A stretch of 64,000 nt of DNA from assembly GCA_038042195.1 (NCBI GenBank), contig JBBTET010000007.1:1-64000 (forward strand), in the 5' to 3' direction. Of the stretch, positions 1 through 10,243 are shown piece by piece; within the stretch, counting starts at the first letter, position 1, and each line of letters opens with the position of its first letter. Under the pieces are notes generated by a model. That model saw only the letters and a program-made list of their open reading frames with translations. It searched no databases and was not told the DNA's origin. Made by a program: the position numbers and the translations under genes. Source of the DNA: Planctomycetota bacterium (GTDB taxonomy: Bacteria; Planctomycetota; Phycisphaerae; UBA1845; UTPLA1).

Positions 1-1622
1 GCGATTTCCCGACAGCACGGCTGCGGCGACGATGTTGCCGTCGGTGACGGCTTTCGCCACCGAGTCGGGGAGTGGGCCGCTGTTGCCGATGCAGGTCGTG
101 CAGCCGTAGCCGACGGTGTGGAAGCCGAGCTTCTCCAAATGCGGCGTCAGGCCGGCCTTGCCGAGGTATTCGGTGACGACGCGCGAGCCGGGGGCGAGGC
201 TGGTCTTGACGTGCGGCTTCACGGTCAACCCGCGGTCAGCGGCCTTCTTGGCGAGGAGGCCGGCGGCGACGAGGACGGAGGGGTTGCTGGTGTTCGTGCA
301 ACTGGTGATCGCGGCAATGACGACGGCGCCGTGGCCGATCTCGGTGGTGCGACCGTGGTCGATGACGTTGGCCTTGCGGTCCGTCTCGGCGGGGGCGAGT
401 CCGAATCCGCGATCCTTCAGCGGGGCGGTGAGGGCGTTGCGGAAGGAGGACTTCACGTCGGAGAGGCGGACGCGATCTTGCGGGCGCTTCGGGCCGGCGA
501 GGCATGGCTCGATGGTGGAGAGTTCGAGGTGCATGACGTCGGTGAAGATCGGGTCGGGCATTCCCTGGGTGCGGAAGAGGCCCTGCTCTTTGCTGTAACG
601 CTCGACGAGGTCGATCTCATCGCGGGTGCGGCCAGTAAGCTCCATGTAGCGCAGCGATTCGTCATCGACGGGGAAGAAGCCCATCGTCGCGCCATATTCG
701 GGGGCCATGTTGGCAATCGTGGCGCGATCGGGGACCGACAACTCGGCAAGGCCGTCGCCGAAGAACTCGACGAATTTCTCCACGACGCCGCGCGCGCGGA
801 GCATTTGCGTGACCGTGAGGACGAGGTCAGTGGCGGTCGCGCCTTCGGGCAGGCGGCCGCTGAGTTTGAAGCCGATGACGTCCGGCGCGAGCATGTAGAT
901 CGGCTGGCCGAGCATGACGGCTTCAGCCTCGATGCCGCCGACGCCCCAGCCGAGGACGCCGAGGCCGTTGATCATGGTGGTGTGGCTGTCGGTGCCGACG
1001 ACGGTGTCAGGCAGTGCCACGAGCTTGTCACCGATCTTGCGGGCGATGACGACCTTGGCAAGGTATTCGAGATTCACCTGATGCACGATGCCGGTGGCGG
1101 GCGGGACGACGCGGAAGTTGGCGAAGGAGCGCTGGCCCCAGCGGAGGAACTCGTAGCGTTCCATGTTGCGGGCGAACTCGATGTCTTCGTTGATGCCGAG
1201 GGAGTCGGGAGTGGCGAAGCTGTCCACCTGCACGGAGTGATCGATGACGAGGTCGACGGGGACGAGCGGGTTGATGCGCTTCGGGTCGCCGCCAAGCCGG
1301 ACCATCGCGCTGCGCATCGCGGCCAGATCGACAACGGCGGGGACACCGGTGAAGTCCTGCAAAATGACGCGAGCCGGCATGAAGGGGACTTCGCGTGAGG
1401 TCGGGGCCTTGGCGTTCCACTTGGCCAGCTCGACAACGTCCTGCTCAGTGACGACGCCGTTGCCGACGTGGCGTAGCATGTTCTCGACGAGAATCTTGAT
1501 GGAGAAGGGCAGACGGTCGATGCCGCCGAGATTCTGCTCGCTGAGCTTGCGAAGGCTGAAGGCATCGATCGGGCCGCTACTGGTGGTAAGTGTGATTCGT
1601 GAATTGAAGGGGTTGGTTGACA
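1..1622 (-). CDS. acnA: aconitate hydratase (aconitase A family), N-terminal ~540 aa; gene continues beyond window start
   Basis: Own reverse-strand translation from ATG at 1622: [27 protein letters not shown]...[27 protein letters not shown]...[11 protein letters not shown] (aconitase signatures). No stop before position 1. Absent from the ORF track because truncated. The listed 118..1398 + ORF is its antisense artefact. Confidence 0.85.
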
Positions 1623-1822
1623 TGGTGACTCCGAAGCGTGCGGGCGCGATCGGCGCGCCGTGGCCGTGATTGATAATGCAAACACAACATTATATGGATA
1701 GGTGCTGTGGCGGGAAGAGACGGCTGAATCTCACGGTGCCGACGATCCAGCCATCGCTGCTGTGTTGTGATACAATCCGTGTTGCCGAACGAGTATTTCC
1801 GACCCTCACGGTATCACAGAGC

Positions 1823-3439
1823 ATGGCCTCCATCACCGTTCAATACGCCGACGGCCGCGCGACGGAGCACCCGATCAACGGGGCCGAGGTCGTTATTGGC
1901 CGGGATGCGTCGTGCGAGGTGCCGTTGGAGGACACGATCACGTCGCGACGACATGCCCGGTTGTATGTGGATGGCGGCGGCTCGTTCTGGATTCAAGACC
2001 TGCGCAGCAAGAACGGGACCATTCTCAATTCCACGACGCTCGCCGCGGCGACGCGGCTGCGCGACAAGGATCGCATCGTCATCGGGGCCTGCCTGCTCAC
2101 GTTTCACGGGACGGCGGCCGGGCCCAAGGTGATTCTGAGCGAGGCGAAGAGTGATACCACCTACGCGAGTACGAGCGCGTGGGGATCGGATCAGCGGCTC
2201 GTCCTGCCGCAGATGCGACTGGAGAAGCTCTACGAGCTGAACGGCCGCATGACCGGACGATTCGACCGGGATGATCTGCTCAACGAAGTCCTTGAAATCT
2301 GCATTGAGCTTCTGCGGTTTGAGCGGGCCGGCGTCGCGCTGTGGAAGGGCGGCACGTCGCTGCCCGAATGGGTGAAGCTAAAAAACCTCAAGGGCGACGC
2401 GGGCAATGAGTTCCGCATCAGCCGTAGCGTCGTCGATCGTGCGTTGCACAGCGGCGAGCGCGTCCTGATCAACGACACCAGCTCCGCCGAGGCCGATCCG
2501 ACCATGAGCATGATCTCGAACAACATCCGCTCGGCAATGTGTGTGCCGATTCAATATCACCAGCGCGTCCACGGCGTCATCTACGGTGACCGCGTCACCA
2601 CGGCCGGGGGCTATTCCAAGGAGGACGCTGATTTCTTCGCCGCGCTGGGGCAGATGGCTGCGATGGGGCTGGTCAACGTCCAGTTGGTCGACGAAATGCG
2701 CCAGCGTCAGCGCGTCGAGATGGACCTCACCACGGCGCGCGAGATTCAATCGCAGCTCTTCCCAGCGGAACCGCTCGACACTGGGGCGTTGATTATCGAC
2801 GCACTGAATGATCCGGGCCGCTCCGTCTCGGGCGACTATTACGATTACTTTGTGCGGCCCGATGGGTTGATCACCGTGGTCATCGCGGACGTGTCGGGTA
2901 AGGGGACGCCGGCATCGCTGCTCATGGCGAATCTGCAAGCCGCCGTGCATGTGACGCTGAATCGCGACTCCGACCTCGTCCGGGCGGTGGACTCACTGAA
3001 TAAACTCATTTGTCGAAACGTCAGCAGCGGGCGGTTCATCACCGGCTTGTTCGGCCTGCTCGATCCCGCGAAGGAGCAGTTCACGTATGTCAACGCCGGG
3101 CATTTGCCACCCTACATCGTGCGGCCAAGCGGCATCACAAAGTTCGAAGTCGATCCGAGCCTGCCGCTGGGGATCGAGGAGTCGTTTGCGTATGAGTCGT
3201 TCGTGGCGGATTTGAGCGCGGGGCCGTTGACGCTGTTCATGTATACCGACGGCGTGCCCGATGCGGAGAATGAGTCGGGCGAACCCTTCGGTATGGACCG
3301 GCTGGAAGAGGCCTTACGCGGCAACCTGACCGAACAGCCCGGCGAGATGATCACGCGCGTTCGGCGATCCATCAAACAATTCACCCGCAATCACACACAG
3401 ACCGACGACATCACGATTCTCGCCATGCGTTTGAATTGA
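1823..3439 (+). CDS. FHA domain - GAF domain - PP2C-type (SpoIIE/RsbU-like) serine phosphatase
   Basis: Translation from MASITVQYADGRATEHPINGAEVVIGRDASCEV (FHA) through a GAF-like middle to C-terminal DYYDY...VADVSGKGTPASLLMAN...MYTDGVPDAE (PPM phosphatase motifs). Start moved to ATG 1823 inside track ORF 1670..3439. Confidence 0.75.
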   Translation: MASITVQYADGRATEHPINGAEVVIGRDASCEVPLEDTITSRRHARLYVDGGGSFWIQDLRSKNGTILNSTTLAAATRLRDKDRIVIGACLLTFHGTAAGPKVILSEAKSDTTYASTSAWGSDQRLVLPQMRLEKLYELNGRMTGRFDRDDLLNEVLEICIELLRFERAGVALWKGGTSLPEWVKLKNLKGDAGNEFRISRSVVDRALHSGERVLINDTSSAEADPTMSMISNNIRSAMCVPIQYHQRVHGVIYGDRVTTAGGYSKEDADFFAALGQMAAMGLVNVQLVDEMRQRQRVEMDLTTAREIQSQLFPAEPLDTGALIIDALNDPGRSVSGDYYDYFVRPDGLITVVIADVSGKGTPASLLMANLQAAVHVTLNRDSDLVRAVDSLNKLICRNVSSGRFITGLFGLLDPAKEQFTYVNAGHLPPYIVRPSGITKFEVDPSLPLGIEESFAYESFVADLSAGPLTLFMYTDGVPDAENESGEPFGMDRLEEALRGNLTEQPGEMITRVRRSIKQFTRNHTQTDDITILAMRLN

Positions 3440-3470
3440 TTGCGTGCAAACCCTCCGTCAAAAAAAAGAA

Positions 3471-3501
3471 GGCTGCGCCCCGTTTGTGACGAGGCGCAGC
3501 C
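3471..3501. terminator. rho-independent terminator between convergent genes
   Basis: Perfect 9-bp stem GGCTGCGCC / GGCGCAGCC with 13-nt loop. A8 run immediately 5' on the plus strand gives a T8 tract on the minus strand, so it best serves the minus-strand small gene ending at 3534. Confidence 0.7.
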
Positions 3502-3533
3502 AATGATGTTCATAGTGAAACGCCGGTTCGCGA

Positions 3534-3677
3534 TCAGGCCGTGCAGCCGAGCAGGCCGCCGAAGAGCGTGCGAGCGTTGGGGACTTCAAAACCGACCCAG
3601 GTGGCCCAGAAGAAGATGGCGTTGTACTGGAACTGAAGGACGTCAAAGATCGGGCTGATGAGGGTGCAAAGATCCAT
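3534..3677 (-). CDS. small hydrophobic protein (47 aa), hypothetical
   Basis: MDLCTLISPIFDVLQFQYNAIFFWATWVGFEVPNARTLFGGLLGCTA. Good RBS (GGAG, about 7 nt upstream), followed by the terminator. Lies within the implausible Arg-rich track ORF 3534..3992. Confidence 0.4.
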   Translation of the reverse strand: MDLCTLISPIFDVLQFQYNAIFFWATWVGFEVPNARTLFGGLLGCTA

Positions 3678-3862
3678 GCGATACTCCTTGTGCAAGAAGG
3701 CCAAGAGGCGCGGCCCGACACAACGGGTGGCCGCGAGTGGCGTGCCCCGCACGCCTTGCGGTATCCTCTCTTGTTGTCGTCGGCTGGCGCACCGGCACGG
3801 ATGAGTTTTCAGTCGGGATCGGCAATTTCTGCGCTGGATTGCGATGCCAGAAGGAGCAACGA

Positions 3863-4864
3863 GTGCGAGTCTTGGTGACAGGTGGGGCGGGGTACGTGGG
3901 GAGTCATTGCGTCCGGGCGCTCGTCGCCGCGGGCCACGAAGTATGCGTGCTCGACAATCTCTCCGCCGGCCACGCAAAGGCCGTTGCGCCACAGGCGCGG
4001 CTCATTGTCGGCGACCTTGCGGATCGCGTGTTGCTGGACGATCTCTTTGCCGAGCTGCGCTTCGAGGCCGTGCTGCATTTTGCCGCGTTTATCGAAGTGG
4101 GTCAGTCGGTCCTCGACCCACTCCCTTTTTACGACAACAACGTGGGCAACTCCGTGAGACTACTTCAAACCATGCAGCGCCACGGCGTGAAGCGATTCGT
4201 CTTTAGTTCCACCTGCGCAACCTACGGCATTCCGCCGCGCATGCCGATCACGGAGGACTTCGCCCAGGCTCCGGCCAGCCCGTATGCCCGCGCGAAGCTG
4301 GCCGTCGAGTGGGCACTGACCGACTCGGCCGCCGCGTGGGGGCTTGGATTCACGGCACTGCGATACTTCAACGCGGCTGGTGCTGCGGCTGACGGGACCA
4401 TTGGCGAAGACCACGATCCCGAGACGCATTTGATTCCGAATGTGCTGAAGGTCGCTCTCGGCCAACGCGATTGTGTGAAGGTATTCGGCACCGACTACCC
4501 AACGCGCGACGGCACCTGCGTGCGCGACTATGTTCATGTCGAGGATTTGGCGTCGGCTCATCTGCTGGCGATTGAAACCGTCGCACCGGGAGCGGCCCGC
4601 TATTACAACGCCGGAACCGGTCACGGCGCGACCGTTCGCGAAGTCGTGGATGTCTCTCGTAGCGTCACCGGCCACGCGATCCCGGTCGTCGAGGTTGAAC
4701 GTCGCGCAGGTGACGTACCCGAACTGTACGCCGACTCCACGAAGATACGCGGTGAACTGGGCTGGAAGCCACGTTTCGAGAATCTAGTCGACATCGTGGG
4801 GTCGGCCTGGAACTGGCACAAGAATCATCCCAATGGTTTTGACGACCGTCCGCGAAAGGCGTAA
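3863..4864 (+). CDS. galE: UDP-glucose 4-epimerase
   Basis: VRVLVTGGAGYVGSH...YxxxK region and NAD-binding Rossmann N-terminus. In-frame GTG start at 3863 preceded by AAGGAG at 3851-3856. Track ORF 3737..4864 carries a spurious N-terminal extension. Confidence 0.85.
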   Translation: MRVLVTGGAGYVGSHCVRALVAAGHEVCVLDNLSAGHAKAVAPQARLIVGDLADRVLLDDLFAELRFEAVLHFAAFIEVGQSVLDPLPFYDNNVGNSVRLLQTMQRHGVKRFVFSSTCATYGIPPRMPITEDFAQAPASPYARAKLAVEWALTDSAAAWGLGFTALRYFNAAGAAADGTIGEDHDPETHLIPNVLKVALGQRDCVKVFGTDYPTRDGTCVRDYVHVEDLASAHLLAIETVAPGAARYYNAGTGHGATVREVVDVSRSVTGHAIPVVEVERRAGDVPELYADSTKIRGELGWKPRFENLVDIVGSAWNWHKNHPNGFDDRPRKA

Positions 4865-4867
4865 CCC

Positions 4868-6127
4868 ATGAGTCGCACCACGACATGGGGCCGTGACGCT
4901 CATCAACTACTGACGCTGGATCAGGCGTGGAACATCATCCGCGCGCAAGTCAAGCCGCTTGGAATCGAGACGGTCCCACTTGCCAATGCTCATCGTCGCG
5001 TCCTCGTCGCGCCCGTTGTCGCGGAGAACGATGCTCCAGCGTTTGATAAAGCCATGATGGACGGCTACGCGGTGCGCTCGGCAGATGGCGCGCAGCCGGG
5101 TGCGACGCTGCGTGTTTGCGGTTTAGTCGCCGCTGGTGAAGCCGTTAGCACCACGCTCGGTGTTGGTGAGGCCATACAAATAAATACCGGTGCGCCGGTT
5201 CCTAAAGGTGCCGACGCGGTGGTTCGCATCGAGGACACGCGACTCGCCTCAAACGGCACAACGGTTGCTCTTCTTGTCGCTCCTCGACCCGGCATGAACA
5301 TTTCTCTTCGCGCTGCCGACCGTCGTCGCGGCGACACCGTGCTCACGCCTCCGCTGCGCCTCGAAGCAGTACACCTCGCCGCTGCCGCGAGCGCCGGAGC
5401 TTCGATGCTCACCGTCTCGCGCATTGTTGATGTTGCGCTACTTACCACCGGCAACGAACTCGTGCCGGCCGGTTCACCGCGCCGCCCGGGTCAGATCCAC
5501 GAGTCCAACGGTCTCATGCTCTCCGCGCTCGTGCGGCAATTCGATGCCGTGCCGCACGACTTTGGCATAGCACGCGACACGATAGTGGAGTTGAGGCCCA
5601 AGTTGGTCGCCGCGATGTGTCACCCCGTTGTTATCGTCTCCGGCGGCATGTCGATGGGCACGCTCGATCTCGTTCCAAAGGTGCTGAGTGAACTCGGCGT
5701 GCAGTGGCTCTTTCACGGTGTCGACATGCGACCGGGGAAGCCCGTTGCTTATGGGCGCGGCCCCGATGGGCAGCATGTCGTCGGTCTTCCCGGCAATCCC
5801 GTTAGCGCCTTTGTTTGTGCATGGCTTTTCGCGCGAATGATTCTGCGGGGGCTATCGGGGCTGCCGACTGAACCGCCGACAACGATTCGTGTGCGACTCG
5901 CCAGTGATTTGAAGCTCGCCAAGGATCCGCGTCCCGCGTTCATTCCGGCGAAGGTTTGGAACGATGCCGCGAACGGTTTGACGGTGCAACCCGTTGCCTG
6001 GGGCGGCTCCGGCGATCCCTTCGGCCTTGCCCTTGCGAACGCCCTGCTCTGTCGTCGCGATCCCACAAACCCAAGGTCAGTCGGCGACGCGGTCGATGTG
6101 ATTTTCCTCGGCGAACTCGGCGCATAA
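4868..6127 (+). CDS. moeA: molybdopterin molybdenumtransferase MoeA
   Basis: MoeA N/linker/C domain pattern: ...MMDGYAVRS..., ...VVIVSGGMSMG..., ...GLPGNPVSAFV... Confidence 0.85.
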   Translation: MSRTTTWGRDAHQLLTLDQAWNIIRAQVKPLGIETVPLANAHRRVLVAPVVAENDAPAFDKAMMDGYAVRSADGAQPGATLRVCGLVAAGEAVSTTLGVGEAIQINTGAPVPKGADAVVRIEDTRLASNGTTVALLVAPRPGMNISLRAADRRRGDTVLTPPLRLEAVHLAAAASAGASMLTVSRIVDVALLTTGNELVPAGSPRRPGQIHESNGLMLSALVRQFDAVPHDFGIARDTIVELRPKLVAAMCHPVVIVSGGMSMGTLDLVPKVLSELGVQWLFHGVDMRPGKPVAYGRGPDGQHVVGLPGNPVSAFVCAWLFARMILRGLSGLPTEPPTTIRVRLASDLKLAKDPRPAFIPAKVWNDAANGLTVQPVAWGGSGDPFGLALANALLCRRDPTNPRSVGDAVDVIFLGELGA

Positions 6128-6318
6128 AAAAGCCGACGCCCCTCCGGTCGTCGCCTTTGCCGTCCCTGGCGAGGGGTATGCGACGATCCATCTCGGCGCA
6201 CTATTCCTCTTCCTGCCGGAGGATCTCTTCGTGCCGGTCGCGCATCTTTTGATCCTTCTGACATGCGGCGGCTCCGATGCACAAGGCGAAGCTGACAAGC
6301 AGGAGTGATAGAAAAAAA

Positions 6319-6345
6319 GCCCCGAACGCGGGGCGCGTCCGGGGC
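6319..6345. terminator. rho-independent terminator (serves the minus-strand small lipoprotein gene)
   Basis: GCCCCG-AACG-CGGGGC hairpin flanked by an A7 run (6312-6318) and a T-rich tract. On the minus strand the hairpin is followed by T7. Confidence 0.6.
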
Positions 6346-6374
6346 TTCTTGTTGACATACTGCTTCATCGAAGG

Positions 6375-6530
6375 TTACTCAACCACCATCGTGCCGGGGG
6401 ACTTATCCTGCGGCGTGGATTCGTGCTGGGATTCCTTCTTGGTGGTGACTTTGTGCTCGTTTTCGGCGCAGCCGGTGAAGATTACAGCTACGGCGATGAC
6501 GAGCGTGAGGCTGAAGAGTTTTCGAATCAT
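6375..6530 (-). CDS. small lipoprotein (51 aa)
   Basis: Own translation: MIRKLFSLTLVIAVAVIFTGCAENEHKVTTKKESQHESTPQDKSPGTMVVE. Lipobox FTGC. Strong RBS AAGGAGAACAGAGT-ATG. Below the 60-aa cutoff of the ORF track. Terminator immediately downstream. Confidence 0.65.
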   Translation of the reverse strand: MIRKLFSLTLVIAVAVIFTGCAENEHKVTTKKESQHESTPQDKSPGTMVVE

Positions 6531-6593
6531 ACTCTGTTCTCCTTGATGCACAGGCCGTTTGCCTATGCCACAAAAAACAAATCCATTCGTTTC

Positions 6594-7907
6594 CTAGAAC
6601 TTCGAGACGCGGATGGAGGTGTGGATGACTTCCCAAATCTTCATCGCGGGCATCTCGACGGTGACGGTGGCCGTGCCTTCGCCGTCGAACTTGGTATCAA
6701 CGACACGTGCGTCGGTCATGTAGGCCATGAGTTGCGTATTGATCTCATCGTGCTCGGTGACGAAGTCGCGCACCGTGGTCTTCGAGTCAATCGCGAAGCC
6801 CATGACCTGTTCGCCGAGGCGTCGCTTGGCATCCAACTCCGCAGCGCGAGCGGCCATCAGCTTGGCCTGCGGACCGGTGGTGCCGGCCTTGGGAACGCCG
6901 TTTCCTTCGGCGCGGATATTCTGACCGATCCAGTCGGGCATCTCGGTCTTCATCGCAACGGCGACGACCTTGATCGCATTGGGACGGGGCACGCCCATGC
7001 CGGTGGCCTGAAAAGTCTGCGTCTTGATCTGCTGACTGACGTGCTCGACGTCCATGCCGGTGACCTTGTCGCCTTTGTAGTGGCGCTTGTGCAGTTCCTT
7101 GATCGTGGTGATCACCGATTCGACCGGCACTTCATAGGTCACTTCGACGATCAACTCTTCGTCGTGGTAGTACGGCTTGCCGACCTGATGCGCACCGGTG
7201 AGCATTCCAGCCGCCTCGGTGTCGATGCGATCGCTCTCAGCAACAAAATCGCGGACGCGCGTCTCACTCGTCACGCGCAGGCCCTTGATTCGCTCGACGA
7301 GCTTGCGTTGGGCATCGCGCTCCGCTGCCTTCGCAGCCATGAGTCGCTCCTGCGCGGGCATACCCTTCCAGATCGCGGGAACGGCAGGCTCAGGCGCGGT
7401 TACGCCGGCGGGCATGGCCAATTCACCGCCCGGAATGCCCGGTGGTAGGTCGGGGCGCGGCGCGCCCATGCCGACGACCTTCATGATGTCCTTCTTGACG
7501 TAGGTCGTGATACTGTCAAAGTCGTTCGACTTGATGGTGTTGCCCTTGTATTCGCGCGAGTGGATCGACTTCAACTCTTCGACGACTTTCGCGACGGTTA
7601 CTTCAGCCTCGATGGAGGCGACCATTTCCGAATCCCACTTAGGCTTGCCAAGGCGCACGCCACGGACGAAGCCGTCGAAGGAGGTGCGGATCGTGTCGGA
7701 CTCGGCGACGAAGTCCTTCACATAAGTCTCGGAGTTGATTTGCAAGCCGAGGATCATTTCGCCCAGCTTGCGATAGGCGTCGGCTGTCGCGGCACGCTGG
7801 GAGAGGGCCTTGTTCTGGGCATCCTTCTGCGGATCGGCCAGTAGGGTGGTGTTGCAGATCGTCGCGAGTGCGATGGCACCACAGGTTAGTAATCGATGTC
7901 GGATCAT
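6594..7907 (-). CDS. secreted protein with three tandem ~130-aa LPP20-like repeat domains
   Basis: Signal peptide MIRHRLLTCGAIALATICNTTLLA after RBS AGGAGAAACAAC. Three internal repeats of the pattern AxxAAxRxAxRKLxExIxGLxIxSxTxVxDFVxExDxIxT...G (LPP20/FlgO-like family by memory). Start moved to ATG 7907. The track ORF 6423..7448 + is antisense junk. Confidence 0.6.
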   Translation of the reverse strand: MIRHRLLTCGAIALATICNTTLLADPQKDAQNKALSQRAATADAYRKLGEMILGLQINSETYVKDFVAESDTIRTSFDGFVRGVRLGKPKWDSEMVASIEAEVTVAKVVEELKSIHSREYKGNTIKSNDFDSITTYVKKDIMKVVGMGAPRPDLPPGIPGGELAMPAGVTAPEPAVPAIWKGMPAQERLMAAKAAERDAQRKLVERIKGLRVTSETRVRDFVAESDRIDTEAAGMLTGAHQVGKPYYHDEELIVEVTYEVPVESVITTIKELHKRHYKGDKVTGMDVEHVSQQIKTQTFQATGMGVPRPNAIKVVAVAMKTEMPDWIGQNIRAEGNGVPKAGTTGPQAKLMAARAAELDAKRRLGEQVMGFAIDSKTTVRDFVTEHDEINTQLMAYMTDARVVDTKFDGEGTATVTVEMPAMKIWEVIHTSIRVSKF

Positions 7908-7947
7908 GTTGTTTCTCCTGTAAAGCGTTAACAGAGTCGCGCAGCCA

Positions 7948-8961
7948 TCACATACGAGACACGCGGGCGACGGCTTGGTTGTAGTTTTCTTCCTTGGGCT
8001 TGATGCTCTGGGCCTGCCGGTAGTACTTTTTCGCATCTTCGATCTTTTTTAGCTTCTCGCAGCAGACACCGGCTCCGAACATGGACTCATGGTCGTCCGG
8101 GGTTTCACTCATGGCCGTCTTGAAATGGCCGAGGGCGGTCTCGAAATCATCGACGACCATCGCGCTGACGGCCGCCACGCTGGCATCTGTGCTGCCGGAC
8201 TGCACTTGCAGGCTCGTGTCAATCTTCATGGGCACGATCTTGCAGAGGAAGTCCTGGGCCTGCTCTTCGATCATGACGGCGATGACCTTGTCGCGCGGGG
8301 TCATGTTGGCCTCGGTCTTGCTGCCGCCGAAGAAGGGGCTGGGGGTCTTGGCCTTGTCGAAGTGCTGGCTGGGCATTCCGTTGTGAGAGACGATGACTTC
8401 ATTCGTGCCGGGATCCTTCAACTGGAACTGGCACTGTACGGTGATGTTGCGGGACTCCTTCTCAACATCCGAGGTGTGGACACTGCCGCCGCCTCCGCGT
8501 GCCCAACCGATGGCGCTCATGGCGTCGATGGTCTTGCCGGTGCCTTTTTGCTTGTCAACCTTGATGGTCACTTTGCTGCTGAGAATTGCGTTCGCACCTT
8601 GTACCTTTGCGGCGGCCATCTGGTCGCTGCCATCGGTTACTCCGGCGGCGGCCAAATCCTTCTCACCCATGGACTGCTTCATGTTCTCGCGGTCCACAAG
8701 CTTGATGGGGATCTTGTGCTGATCGGCGGCCTGCTCAAGTCGACCTTGAATCATGTTGGCGGTCATCTCCGACCATTTCTTCTGGTCGAACTCCTCCGTG
8801 TCGCCCTCCATGCGGGCGTTCATGACGGCGATCTGCATGTGCTGCGACGAGAGAGGCGCTTTCGGCTCCACCATTCGAGTGATCTGAATGGTGGCGGTGC
8901 GCTTGCTGGGGCCGCAACCGACGAGCAGGGCAAGACAGGTGACAATCGCGATTCGCTTCAT
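7948..8961 (-). CDS. lipoprotein, function unknown (possibly CsgG/LpoB-like periplasmic lipoprotein with C-terminal TPR-like helix pair)
   Basis: MKRIAIVTCLALLVGCG lipobox. Same strand and probable operon with the LPP20-repeat gene downstream. Confidence 0.5.
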   Translation of the reverse strand: MKRIAIVTCLALLVGCGPSKRTATIQITRMVEPKAPLSSQHMQIAVMNARMEGDTEEFDQKKWSEMTANMIQGRLEQAADQHKIPIKLVDRENMKQSMGEKDLAAAGVTDGSDQMAAAKVQGANAILSSKVTIKVDKQKGTGKTIDAMSAIGWARGGGGSVHTSDVEKESRNITVQCQFQLKDPGTNEVIVSHNGMPSQHFDKAKTPSPFFGGSKTEANMTPRDKVIAVMIEEQAQDFLCKIVPMKIDTSLQVQSGSTDASVAAVSAMVVDDFETALGHFKTAMSETPDDHESMFGAGVCCEKLKKIEDAKKYYRQAQSIKPKEENYNQAVARVSRM

Positions 8962-9224
8962 GGGGTCAGACTCCTTGGCAATCTAGGACAGTGAAACCAA
9001 TGGACGGATAGTCATGCGGCAACGACATGGTCGGCTCGCGTGAAACGCGGGGTCGTGGCGGCGCGATGGAATTACCGTTCATAGACAATTCACAGGGCCT
9101 ATAACAACGCGCCACTGGGGGTGTCATACGTCTCCCAGCCAGTCGTGTCAAGAAGGCCGGAATGCCTGTTTTGGCCCGCCCCGTACTGAGGTTATTCTGC
9201 TGGGCTAACCCCAAGGAGACCCCC

Positions 9225-9653
9225 ATGCTCGAAGAGCTATTCACGCACCAGGCAGAGTTGAATCGACGGATCGGCTTCGACCCGGAGGCCCTGCGAAAGA
9301 AGTTCGACCCGAAGCTGGCCGGCGAGTGGCTGAACAACTATCTGATGGCGGCGTCGAACGAGTTGGAGGAGCTTCGCAATTGCACCTACTGGAAACACTG
9401 GTGCAAAGAGGCCAAAGAAGGTAGACGGTATGAGCTGCACGACCTGCAAAACGCCCGGGTCGAAGTGATCGATCTACTTTTTTTCTGGATCAGCATGGCG
9501 ATGTGTGTGGGGCTGGATGCGAAGGATGTGGTTGAGCTGTACAAGCAGAAGCTGGCGGTGAACCATAACCGGCAGGCCAATGATTACTCGATGAGCGGCA
9601 AGACGGAGGATGACAACAAAGCGATCAGGCTGACGCGGGAGAAGGGCCTGTAA
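9225..9653 (+). CDS. dimeric (all-alpha) dUTPase-like NTP pyrophosphohydrolase
   Basis: MLEELFTHQAELNRRIGFD...WLNNYLMAASNELEELRNCTYWKHWCK...VEVIDLLFFWISMA resembles the dUTPase_2/dimeric dUTPase family. RBS CCAAGGAGACCCCC-ATG. Confidence 0.55.
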   Translation: MLEELFTHQAELNRRIGFDPEALRKKFDPKLAGEWLNNYLMAASNELEELRNCTYWKHWCKEAKEGRRYELHDLQNARVEVIDLLFFWISMAMCVGLDAKDVVELYKQKLAVNHNRQANDYSMSGKTEDDNKAIRLTREKGL

Positions 9654-9762
9654 ACGGCCGAGAAAACCACGTGCCCCAGCCGATTTCCCGCAGAGTTCGC
9701 GCTACTGGACATGCCCGGTTGGGGGTGTATTATCAGGGGTTCACGTCGCGAGGCGTGTCGAA

Positions 9763-9834
9763 TCCCCGATAGCTCAATGGTAGAGCGAGCGGCTGTTAAC
9801 CGCTAGGTTGTAGGTTCGAGTCCTACTCGGGGAG
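9763..9834 (+). tRNA. tRNA-Asn (anticodon GTT)
   Basis: Cloverleaf folded by hand. Acceptor TCCCCGA/TCGGGGA, D-arm GCTC-AATGGTA-GAGC, anticodon stem AGCGG/CCGCT with loop CTGTTAA, T-arm GTAGG-TTCGAGT-CCTAC, discriminator G. No encoded CCA. Confidence 0.85.
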
Positions 9835-10065
9835 CTTTCTCCTATTAACCCGCTTGAAACTACCGCCCAATCGGTTGACGATGGTCTGCGCCGACGATTC
9901 GGGACAGGGCCTCGGTAACGTGCCACGGACGCGCGAGTTACGACGCTCCGGGGAAATCATTTCCACTGAGATCGCCGCTGAGAATGGACGCCATGCCACG
10001 AGCGAATCCGACACGCGTTTGCTTGAAGCGCTCCCCGTAGCGGTTGGACGCAAAGATGGACGAGA

Positions 10066-10233
10066 ATGACAGCTGAAGAGGAGCTGGCACAGGCCGAAGC
10101 GCTTGCCGAACGCCACAGCCAGCTAGCTAAAGAGGCTAGCAAGCTCCCGCCAGAGCAACAGACGCAATATATCTTTGAGGGAATGCGTCAATTCCGCACT
10201 GAATATCGGCAGGAGTTTCTCAAAAACAAATAG
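10066..10233 (+). CDS. small alpha-helical protein (55 aa), hypothetical; candidate antitoxin-like partner
   Basis: MTAEEELAQAEALAERHSQLAKEASKLPPEQQTQYIFEGMRQFRTEYRQEFLKNK. Sits in the lower-GC islet 3' of tRNA-Asn, 10 nt upstream of the next ORF. Weak RBS. Confidence 0.3.
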   Translation: MTAEEELAQAEALAERHSQLAKEASKLPPEQQTQYIFEGMRQFRTEYRQEFLKNK

Positions 10234-10243
10234 GCTTTTTGCG

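Noticed and set aside
118-1398. 426-aa + strand ORF rich in Ala/Gly/Asp/Glu
   Set aside because: Antisense to a clearly recognisable aconitase reading frame on the minus strand. Low-complexity composition typical of a GC-rich antisense frame.
6423-7448. 341-aa + strand ORF
   Set aside because: Antisense to the LPP20-repeat gene. Gly/Asp/His-rich, no motifs.
8089-8994. 301-aa + strand ORF
   Set aside because: Antisense to the lipoprotein gene 7948..8961. Low complexity.
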